Assembly: GCA_002633005.1 (NCBI GenBank)
Contig: NMRA01000084.1
Coordinates: forward strand, 589,267-653,266
Origin: Phoronis australis
Taxonomy: Eukaryota > Animalia > Phoronida
DNA: 64,000 nt
Reading direction: 5' to 3'
Part shown: positions 53,206 to 64,000 of the stretch, in pieces
How positions within the stretch are numbered: the stretch's first letter is position 1
Layout: each line of letters opens with the position of its first letter
The notes under the pieces: model-generated
The model's database searches: none
What the model was told of the DNA's origin: nothing
Seen by the model: the letters and a program-made list of their open reading frames with translations, nothing else
Position numbers and translations under genes: made by a program

Positions 53206-53590
53206 CAACAACAACCAACAACAACTTCAACAGTAGTAATAATGTTGATGGTGATAACAGTATCAATAACAGTAACAGTAATAGTAAAAGTGAGAGCAAT
53301 ACTTAAACAGTAATATTGATAATAAGAGCATCACATTATTGATATTGATTTTAATAACTGTTATGGTAAACATGGCACCAGTAACGCTAACAATAGTGAT
53401 AAGTGATGATAACTTCAGCAACAACAATAACACAACAATAACAACAACAACAACAACAACAAGAATAATAATAATGATGATAATAATAACAATAGCAACA
53501 ATAGTAATGATAGCAAACTAATAATAATTATGATTATGGAATAATATTTGTGATGTGGAATAATAATTATTCTTATTATGTCAACTATAA
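53206..53590. repeat. Degenerate (AAC/AAT/GAT)n trinucleotide tract
   Basis: Core AACAACAATAACACAACAATAACAACAACAACAACAACAAC...AATAATAATAATGATGATAATAATAAC at ~53415-53540. Confidence 0.9.
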
Positions 53591-56500
53591 TAAAATGAAA
53601 TAATGAATCATTTGCAATTACAAAATTAGCTAAATTTCATCGCAGTCAAGCAATCTGAATTAAAAGTTTCGAAGAAATAGCTCGTTTCAGTACGTTTTGC
53701 CTGCCTGCCTATTAGGCCGGCAGCATAAACAAAGAGGCATAAGTCCTTCAAATGTTTTGAAGTGAAGAAGTGTTCCAAGACGTGTTCCAGTGCTCCGTGT
53801 TGCCTGATTGCCTCAGCGTTTTTGTTCTCTGGTTGCAACATACCGTTTGCTGTTGATCAGCTGACGGCCGCCAACAGTCGCATGGCTCTGATGACAAATT
53901 ACCGCCACATGTGTTATTGCGCACCCCTGTGTGGACGCGGTTCACTGCACAATCCGGGGAGGTTTTCAAACGAATGCACCTGCACTTACAATTTACCGAA
54001 TTTTCGACTGCTTTGGTTAAAACTCAGGACGTGTCCGCTGTTTGCGGGAATTTTGAATAGTCGTTTTGTTAGACTAGCAACTGTAGGTTTCATGAACCAC
54101 CAATCAATTGTGATGTTGTGCTGTTGAATTTATTTATTATAATGACAAGTAAATTAATTCAAACAGTTACATACGGTGGCCCGAAAGTATCATCGTTATT
54201 TTAGTTTATTAATTTTTTTATTTTTCCTTTTCCACCTAGGATGAAATATTGATATATTTACAGGTGTAACATTCGTAAGAAAGATAAGTTCCCAGCCCAG
54301 TTGGGCTTATTAGTCACTTTAACCACACAACTCAGATGTAGGCCTACCCGTTGCCATAAATGTGGTGGTTCTAAATTCAAAAGCAAACATGATATATTTG
54401 GCGAATTGCTTAGGGAAATACTGGAATAGCAGTTTTAACGTATCTAATCTTTTGAAATCTGCAAAGTTCGGGACTTGGAGTGAAACATTATGAAATAGAA
54501 TAGAATAGTTTTGGTGTCAAGTGCGTTTAAACGCTTCATAGGTATCATGATATAAGCTATTAATGGTTTGTTTTCTAAAATCTTCCTTCAGAGCCTCCAG
54601 GCGACCACGTTCAAACTGCCGCAGGGATTCCGTGGGCCCACGCGTGAAGCAGAAAATAATCTTAGTTGGGCTTCGAAAAGCTAAAAAATATTGTTTCAAA
54701 TAGTTTATGATTCGTTTAGCTGCTAATGCCCCTTAATTGGTCAAAACCAAGTTTATCTTAAGTACGACAATTTATGAAATATCGTGGCTATTTTGCAATG
54801 GGGAACGATCGCATGCTAAGCCGATCAAGTGCCACCAAGCAGTTCTTTCAACGTGACCCAGGGTCGGAACATTGGCGAATTTTCAAAACTTCATGTGATA
54901 GAAAACGAGCATTGGTAGACTGTCTTCAATTTTTCATTTATTATTAGTGCTGTTAATTAAACTACTTTAGAAGACTAAGTGTTTGTTGTAACTACTTTAA
55001 AAGCAAAATTGTTAAAATTAGAATTCTGGGTGAAGGTAGTGAAAATGGCTACACATGTGCCGTACCGGTGAGGTCTCAAGCACACATGGCAGACACATGG
55101 TCGAATTACCTCAATAAAATGTTTCTCTTTTTTATGATAATACGGCTTGATTGGCATACGAGTCAGTTTTAGATGACTCATATTTGGACAAGTTAATCTA
55201 CCGCACATGGGCGTTCGCTAATTGCTGTTTAAAAAACTCGGGCGTTCCAGGCCACTACACGAATCCCTGCAGGTTTTTCAAATTAGTTGTAGTTCTCATC
55301 CGGGACGCGCAGCAAACTGTCTTGTCTGGTGGAATACTGGTTCCATTTTTACTTGATTGTTGAAGGGTGAGTTGGTTAACTGTTGATTACGTCTGCCACT
55401 CATGAGCCTCTCAATGTCCCACTGTAGTAACACAATTTGGTCAGGCCAGTGCCCCCGACTCTTAGTACTGCACATTCGATGGCTTGCGCTCACCAAGGTA
55501 GAGTTTCGCAGAGCAAGAATCTCGCCAAGGAGGCTAGTTTGATCACGTGATTCGCTTGCAATACCGTAAATGCCGAAGTATTTCGAGTTCTTGATTTTCT
55601 CGCAAAAAACAAAGTCTACGGAAAGCACGCAAGCTTGTCTGCCAACGTAGTGGCGACATCTGTCGTCATACTTGCGCAATTTTGTTTGATCTGGCCCTGC
55701 AGCTCAAAAGTGTCATGATGAAATTGCAATTTGAGCACAGACATGTGCTGTTTCGGAAGACATTTAGAGTTGTATCAGATTTTTTTGCAGTTCTTCTCTT
55801 GCTTTTTGACTAAGGCGAACTCTTTATTGTCGTGAATGAGGTACCCGTCTGTCAGCTTATTGATTTGTCAGGTGGCATCTTCCTGGCGCCCTCTTGCATC
55901 TGAAAGTATCGTTTGTGTATCATCGGACCAAATGTATTGATTTATCGTGTATGAAACTATTTTTTACCTGGATGCTGTCGCCATCTGGTGGTGCAGGACC
56001 TATAAAGAGTAACTGTGGCAATGAAACCGCAACGAGTATTTGTGCCGCGTTTTTCTCAGTACGCAACTCGGTAATAGTTGCATTACCAGTCTTCTTGTTT
56101 TGTTGAACTTTATAATCAATCTCAGCGCGGAATCGTACCTGGAATCTCCGCATTGGCGGCCTAACGCTGTGCGGGGCTAATTTCTACTCGATAGATGGCA
56201 GAGTATGATGCAAATTAAACTGGTAAGGACACCGACCTTGATTTCAGGTAATGTTTGGCAGACAACGTCGAGGATTGGCAATTGGAAACCAGTTACGAAA
56301 ACACCACGGATTTTCTTGTTTTATACATGTAGCTCTGGTCAATCGTATTAACTTCAAGATATCTTATCCAACAATAATCCAAAATGCGTTTTTCAGCAGT
56401 ATAACCGATGATCGCTTTTAAATTGTTGCAGAGTCTATGTGTAGGTAAGATATGTAAAACAGGGCCACGATTCAACTCAANTGTAGTGTATTCTTGGTCA

Positions 56501-59500
56501 CGTATTTAAAGTCGCTAACAGCCGTGTGCTGGTGTTACAAACAATTTTCTTCACTGAACTATTTAGTCATTCAGCGCGTCGTGCTCATATTTTCTGTTTG
56601 AATTGAAATCGTGAATCGCCTGGGATTCCCCTGACAGCCATACTGCCTGGCGGTGCAACTTACCCGCCGTGATAAGCAACAACAGTGCTTTTCAAGCATA
56701 AAAAAATCATTTCTTATCTGGACAAGGAACAAGATGAGACCGATTTTATGGCTGTAAGTGACCCGAATAAACAGTTCTTTTTGACAAAAGGTGCCGCTTT
56801 ATTGCTCCTGTATCGTGCTCTGCTCTATCTATTCTCCTGAACCATTGTCTGGGAAATAACTTGGTCTGGCCTCCCGCCTTGAAGCAGGTGAATAATGACT
56901 CGCATTTGCTTTAGTGCTTTGAGTTAGAAACCAGCGAAAACTCCTGAACGATTAAGTTTTTTAACTTACTTCTTCAGCTATTAACGCTACCCAACGTTAG
57001 CTAATAACAGGATGTACGATAGAGGGAGCATTCGTTGCCTGTTCTAAACCCCAGAGCCATCATAAACTTTTTATGGCAGCTTTGGATGCACTGTTGTTTC
57101 AGCAACAACGCATTGCCTCTGGGTAAACCAAGAGCCGACTGACAGATGTACTCGGATGTTGTTTATTATTTCTAAAAATACCTGCCGCAAATTAGACGTA
57201 AAAAGAAGACAGTTCGAAACATCTCAGTCATTTGGTTTTGATTTGTGTGTAACTTGAGAATGTGGAAAACTATGGATGTTCCTTGAGTCGAGTCTTACCG
57301 TCAGATAGTCATGGCAACAAAGAAATGAGAACATTTTCATCAGCCATAATGCATCTGTGTTGATGACGTTTTGTGACACTTTCTTGCTGTGTTTTGCGCA
57401 GCCTATAATCCCTTCATATGTACTGTTGTATGTATTCAATCTAGCCAATAAAAAGTACATTCATTTCTGTTGAGGTTAAACCCGGTGGTTCACCCGGGCA
57501 CCGTGAGGGACGAACGTGGGCACAAATACAGTGTACCACCAACACGGGAGCTTCTGACTATATGTTACAAAAATTCATCTGCATCGGAACAATTTTGACG
57601 GGCATTTCTTGGATAAGGCAAAAGATTCGAAAGGAGAACGTCGTAACTTTTCTTTAAGAAATAACGGAGAAACAATTACCCGGCGGATGGGAATCACAGT
57701 TGTGTGCGTCTGAGCAAAGCCGCGTTTTGCCGTCGGCCTATTTGCATTTTTGCAAGTCAGCGTTTCAACGGTATGAGGTTTCTGTGGGGTCAGATACATG
57801 TAGATTTTAATAGTACATTTGCGGCTGAAACTTAGATGCATACCCTGTAAACAGAAACATGTCGTGATATAAAGAAACCAGGGTGGTACTCAATTTGTAC
57901 CACCCCCTATCGGCGAGAAGGCGGTTTAACCCGATTACGCTTGGAAATTCAATCTATTGCCTGCTGGTTTCCCAGTATTTCGTAATAGCAAATAACGTTA
58001 TTAAACTGTTGAACCACTCAAACCGATTATATTTGTTATCGGCGGCTTAAAAAGTTGTGTGAGTTCAAGAATTCTGTTATTGAACTGTGCTTTGTTACGC
58101 CTATTGCAGTTGAAACTCAAGTTGTCAGCAATTTCCCACTTTGCCTTGACGACTATTTTTCCTGATCAAATGAGTTTGCATTTACTGTTGTTTTCAGTAG
58201 ATCAGATGACAGTAAGGTTTTTAACGCGAATTACTCCGTTAGAAATAACTCCACAAAACTGTTTACTTGTAATTTAAGCCCAAAAAGCACACGACGGTTC
58301 TGGCTTAGTTTTTTTTGAAATTCGATTCAGTGGATTGGTATTTTTCAGTTGCTCATTTTTTAAAAAAGAAAATCTACCCTGTTTTAGCAAAAATGATGAC
58401 GGACTAGCTTTGTTTTTTTTCATCCTTTTGTAAATGATGGCGTTTCAAACCTTGCTTACCTTGGTTTACGTGCAACATTTCAAGAAAGAACTTACCTTGG
58501 CCGAAGTTGTTGAGGACAGGCGTCTACTTTAAAAAGTGAACGCCGGTCTCAAAATGAGTCACGGCACAGACCAGAACCAACCATTTTTGATTTGCCTAAA
58601 CCGCCTTCTATCATATAAACAATTTTTGATTTAGCCTAATTATAGTTATGAAATAAGTCTTAAATTGCTCCTTACTCAAACTCAGGATGGTGTCTGGTCT
58701 TCAAAACACGTGACAGTTCGCCAGAATTGGTGGACACTCGGCAGGCACTACACACATTGGCTTGTCACTGCGCGTCATTTCTTATCAGTATGCACAGAGT
58801 ACGGTTGAGTAAATAATGACCCACGATGTTTGTCCATGTTCGTGCTTCTCAAAATCAAAAAACATAGTGAATTTCCGATTTACCTTTTCTAAAAACTCAA
58901 GTTTTTTGTTGCAATTATTTTTTACTTCAACTTCGTGTGTAGACTATTACGGGGAATGTTTGTCCTGGACTAGCACCCAAGGCAAATCGAGAACGGCACG
59001 AGATGGCGCCAGATGTTGGTGTCACCAAACGCCTCAGTGACCCAGTGTAGACCTCGGATACTTCTTTGATTAGAAGTGCGTTCTCCTCGCTTATAGGGTT
59101 ACATATATGCTAATCCGGCGATAGCATGACAAAAAGGAATTTTTAATAAATCAGAAAATGAACTTAGAACATACGGTTTGAAGATATATTCAATATGTAA
59201 ATTCCCGTATTTACATTAAAAATATAAAAAGGATAATAATGCTAATAGGCTACACTGTTGAACTAAATTTTATTAACGGAAAATAATCTAGCATTCATAT
59301 AAGTTAGTTTTCTCATTTGGCTGACTAGCCAAGGTTTACAAATGTGTTTGGTTATCACCTGTGATGAAAATAACGAACCATTTTAGAAAGAAATCTTCCG
59401 TACATCCGCAATGCTTTATTATTTTTGAGTTACACGAATATACAGAAATTCGTCCACATTAATGACCCAAATTATTTGTAAACATCGTTTTGTTCTCAAG

Positions 59501-60458
59501 CAAAAATCATCTACTAATGTGTATTACTGAAACTTTTGAGGAACCTTGCAGTTTTATGTGGCAAGCAATCTATCTCAGTTTAACATGACGGTTGACAGGC
59601 TGTTTAGTACACGCTACACCGCCAACTTCTTTCATTGGGACCATCCATCTAATTCAACAAATCATTACTTTCCGAATGATTAGTTTCAGTTGTATAAAAT
59701 CTCGAGGGGCTGGCTCTAATAGCAATGGTAAGGCACTAGAGGGCGTTTCACGACCGCGTAAGTGTTGGGGTGACGGGGAAACGCTTTATCTTTTCATTAA
59801 TTTTACAAACATGTCATTCACGTATTCAATAAAATAGTGAAAGTACTTCAACTGTAACATAGTAACTTGTTATTTGATATTTAGAATGCTTTTATGTCCT
59901 TGAATTTACCAGCTATAGTATCATTTTTCTTAAAATCGATTTTTAGTCAATTTTTAACACACGCGGCTAGAAATTAAGGAAAGTCACTCGGTTTTGTAAG
60001 TCTTGTTGGAAGAGGCAAAAAGGCAGAATCCTAATTGTATTACTTTTTTGTCGTGGGATACTGAGCCCGCACTGTGTTAGCCAAAATATTCAACGTAAAA
60101 TGACTATTTTAGATTTATACGGCGCTAGCAAAGTTCGCCCGAGTTTAAACTATGACGTGCGTGCTTGAAATTGTTTACAATTCTCTACAGACGCATTTTC
60201 AGTGATACATCATTTCGAGATATCATTTGTAATTGATTGTTTAAAGAAAATTTTCCAATTATAGAAAACACCATTATCGGCTGTTTTGCAATAATAGATT
60301 AAAATGGCATTTTGTGACGTTCGTTCCATCCCATTATCGTGATTAACTAAAGGTTCTTACAAAATTTCAACAACAAAGAACATTTTGGATAGTATCAGTC
60401 AAACCCTAAAGTTCCTAGTTGCATTTTTGTACATTTTGCTGCTGTAATCGTTTCTCGT

Positions 60459-60744
60459 CAGTGGCGGATTTAGGGAGGCAAATTCTCCCAGATACCATTT
60501 GGCAGTTCGGGGTGCGAATTGCTGACTAGCATATGCGCACACCCAGAGGGGCTCGGGGGCGAATGCAGAATGCATAGGTCTTGAGCAAACCCCGTTTACC
60601 GTTTCTTTTTAGTAATAAGGCCCACAAACCCAAAAATTCGAGATCCCTGCATCCGTGCATTTTAGGCTGAGCGCGCGCATGTGACGAAATTCTGGTTATT
60701 CCTGTGCCCTGCCCCCCTAACTCAAAAACCTGGATCCGCCCCTG
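60459..60744. mobile_element. MITE (~286 bp) with CAG(T/G)GGCGGAT-type TIRs
   Basis: CAGTGGCGGATTTAGG (60459-60474) / CCTGGATCCGCCCCTG (60729-60744). GC-richer interior. No clear TSD. Confidence 0.75.
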
Positions 60745-63700
60745 CTTTTGTTCAAATTTTGGATTCTTAAAACCCGAATAAGCTCATTTAATGTCTTGTT
60801 GAAAGACAACATTGAAAGAATATCCCGGCTACGAAATGTTTAATTTAAAGCAGATTTATTCTATACACAATTATTAACTTATATTCTTGCAATGGTTTTA
60901 TCATACTTCCTATCTTGGAACTGTGAATGCCAAGCAGAAATGACGCACATTTATAAAAATTTCAAAAATCTTTCGCTGCCGGGCAGTTTCCGCGAAACAA
61001 ATCGCCTTTGTTCAAGTGGAATACAACGAGTGCGATCGTGTGTATCTGACAATTATTGTTCTCATTGACGTGTTTTTCATAACGTGTTTGTTAGAAAAAA
61101 CAACAACTGTGTGTCCCACAATTGGTGAAAGAAGACGCTCGTGTCGGAGGACATTTTTATTTTAGGTATCAATTATTCAGCATATTCACGGAAAGGTGTT
61201 TAATAATTCAGACAAATAAGACAATATAGGCAGAAAGAATAGTGGTGTAGAATCACACATGAATACCTTTGTGAATTCTTTGATAGTCGGTGATCACATT
61301 CGCTTAATTTGATGGACGATACTAAAACATTAACACGGTGTATGCTTAGCTATGATCATGAATAATAAACGTTTCAAGGAAATTAATACTCGCTTTGTTA
61401 AAGGTAAAAAACAATTTCCGAAAGACAGATAAAGTGTGGAATTATCTTTCAATGTTTGTTTATTAGCCTTAAAATCTCCTACAACGGTCTAATGTATTCC
61501 AGGCGTGTTTCATCTGTGCCTGCGATATTTGTAATTAGTAACCACATAGAACTTGTCTTGTAAAAAAATCCATCACAAACCAACAGAAAAACTTAGAAGA
61601 AATTTACAATTTCTTCAATGATATTTATTCCAAGTACTAACATTTATAAAAAACGTGTAATTGTTAATTTTTCTAGGTTTATCATTCGAAGTTTCGTGTA
61701 GCGTCTCCGACTTTTAGTGTTGCATATCTAGCAAGCATTAGCGAGCAATCGCCTTCAGGCGCGCTCGGTTGGTCACCACTTTTTAGAGACGATTTCTAAT
61801 CCATTATGCATCTTTTGTTAACAAAATTTCTAGCTCGTCAAGACAATTAGCAATTTAAGCGGAATACAATTACTCTTAAAGATAACCAGTTATTGACTTG
61901 AACGCTCTGAAAGTAACCGGTTAATTCTAAAGCAAGATATTTTATTCATAAATCCGCCCCTGATTCAATTGGAGAAAATGAAATTAACGCATCGTCATTG
62001 ACTCTGACAATTAGTCCTATATCACTTTGTCAGTCTGTCAGATTGAAAAGTCGACTTAGTTTACTTGAAGTCTTCTGTAACAACCCGCACGTCAATTACG
62101 AGAAAGAAAAAACAAATCCCCCTCGCAAGCGGCCATGCGATTATTTGAAGATTCGCCGTGAAATGATGAGGATTAAGCACCTAAGCCAGCTAGGTAAGAC
62201 AAGGAAATGTAGGAGGTACAAGTACCTTCGCGTATCAGTGAGAAAATCTAATGTAGATTTTACATTATGCATTGTTATCGTTGAGTGATTTTTGTGTTTT
62301 GTGACTATCTGGGTTTAGGTTATTGAGGATGCATGGCATTTGTTTGACACACAATTCTATCGGTAAATGTCACGCTGATATTTTGAGTTGGGAAATAATT
62401 TACACTTCTTCTCTGTCATGAAAAGGTCAATTGTAGCGTGCCCTTTTTCGAACCGTTTCTTCTTTCGTTGTTCACCTTCAAGCACAAGTCTTGCGTGATA
62501 TTTACATGCGAAATTCAGTTTATGAAGGGACGTATTAGAAATGTCAAGCTCGTGTTCAATATTTAAGTTCCCCGTTTCATTTGCTCTGTCGGAGTTGCAA
62601 AGTTTCCATCGGAACGTCAGGATGTACGCGCGCAAAATGTGGCAACGGTGTGCGGATACGGACAATTTGGCAGAATCAGAAATAACTCGTGGATTACGAA
62701 ATGCAATATGCAGTGAGATAGGAAGTATCGATATCGTATCGTTCGAAAGAGTTGAACTGGAAATTTCAGGAAAGTGTGTGTCCCTTTATATCAGGAAGGA
62801 CCACCCGCCCGTTAAATTGTGTGGTTTAAAATGAAACATGGTTATGAAATGAACTGAAATAATGGGTGGACATCGGACGACAGGTATGTAAGAATATTTG
62901 ATATGATTAATAATGAAGGCCCTTAAAAATTTCCTTTCAGTGGAACTGCCATTGCGCGTGAAAACTGCGGGTGCACCTGGGTGATGCCTAAAATGCGTTG
63001 GAAAATAAATTTGTTGTTGAAATTCAAGCTTGCTAACGCTTCAGAGGATGAATTCATCAACAACAGCAAAAAGACTTGTTCCGCAGTACCTTAAAGATTT
63101 ATTAAGCGATATTTATGTTATGTGACTATTGCCTTTGGACATTCTGTTTCACACAGAGGTAAAGTCGACTATTATGATTTAATTTTGTCGCAAAACTGGA
63201 GTTGTGAAATATGGTCAGTTAACGGTTCTTGTTTTCTGTCTTCACACTGAGGTCAGAATGGAGCTCATGGGTTCATTTTGCCTCAATAAACCGCTTCGTT
63301 CTTGTTTCAGCTTTCCTTGAATTTGGCCACTTTTAAACCTCCGAAGCATCGCTTAACATGTTTTTAACTAGCCAATAAAAGTGATTAAGGAGTAACAAAA
63401 TTAAATCATATTCGTGTTCCTTTTGTTTATGTATTTCGCATGATGCCATTCATGTGTCAAAATATTATAATTAATACGCGTTCTAACGCTTTGAAAGTGG
63501 GAAATTGGGGTCATCTTGGCACATAAGATCACATAAGAATTAATAGGAAACAAATTCATATAAAGTTATACTAAGAGTTGGGTTTCATCTTTTTTACAGA
63601 ATGACTAAAAGAGGATACGATGTGGAAACTGTTTTTTGTAACTAGTGGAAATCGTATCGTTGATTTGGTATTTTTTATGGAAGAATTAGAGGATTGCTCA

Positions 63701-64000
63701 AAAGAGTTCACAAAGAATTACTATCTCATCAATTCAGTTAATATCATAAGTCGGAAAAATTGGGGGTGAATTGAGCATATGGTCTGATGCGATTTGTTGC
63801 TCATTGTTTCCAGTGAAATTTACTGTTCCTGTATTTGTTAGCCTCATGCCAGAGCTAATTCAGCGTGATGATGCAATTTTATCTTCTTCGTTTATCGTAT
63901 TACGCCACGCTTTTATCAACATAAAGTTTTAATCAAATGACGTGAACTTATTCGCGTAGATAACAGTTACACTGCTTCCGTTACGAACCACGTCATCAAA

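Larger units (their letters stand above)
8640..64000 (+). ncRNA. Candidate giant structured non-coding transcript (lncRNA, hairpin-RNA locus or structured intron), probably continuing past the window end
   Basis: No ORF over 157 aa. Nested stems with + strand G:U pairs occur in every segment inspected, e.g. 10730-10802, 12005-12848, 13434-13536, 21603-21823, 25732-25774, 28065-28250, 29310-29366, 43860-44103, 45377-45530, 50275-50355, 55284-55382, 57881-57905 and ~63310-63400. Transcription and exact limits are inferred, not observed. Confidence 0.5.

Noticed and set aside
5230-57805. Frequent TACATGTA octamer
   Set aside because: It occurs in both TE and non-TE parts and is generally common in many marine invertebrate genomes. 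It is not specific to this locus.
13011-62834. Numerous 60-157 aa ORFs (e.g. 13011-13397, 33661-34119, 36361-36834, 42873-43280, 45248-45655)
   Set aside because: Many use non-ATG starts, their lengths are as expected by chance, their composition is random, and I see no recognisable domains or consistent exon chain. Small exons of a host gene cannot be excluded without RNA data.
8640-64000. Endogenised giant RNA virus (nidovirus-like genome-scale structure) as the explanation for the folding
   Set aside because: There are no long or stitchable ORFs and no recognisable RdRp, helicase or protease motifs. Neutral decay sufficient to erase a polyprotein should also erase the helices. A frameshift-tolerant profile search against viral proteins would be the definitive test.

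Overview
AT-rich (roughly 38-40% GC by eye) eukaryotic genomic DNA, most likely from a marine invertebrate such as a cnidarian (inferred from the transposon families and frequent TACATGTA; not proven). No intact protein-coding gene, tRNA, rRNA or CRISPR array is supportable. The first ~8 kb is a transposon graveyard: a complete TIR/TSD-bounded, internally deleted Academ-type DNA transposon (571-3726), relics of Sola3-like and hAT-like transposases, and MITEs. From ~8.3-8.6 kb to the end of the window (at least 55 kb) the sequence has no long ORFs and few recognisable TEs. Everywhere I sampled it, it folds into closely spaced, nested stem-loops and multibranch domains whose non-Watson-Crick pairs are mostly G:U on the + strand. 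One of these is a ~840-nt rod at 12005-12848. The two MITEs and the CTG tract inside this region sit within loops of hairpins whose flanking stems are intact. My main hypothesis is a giant, + strand, structure-selected non-coding transcript (lncRNA, hairpin-RNA locus or structured giant intron). Folding was done by eye and needs computational and experimental confirmation.
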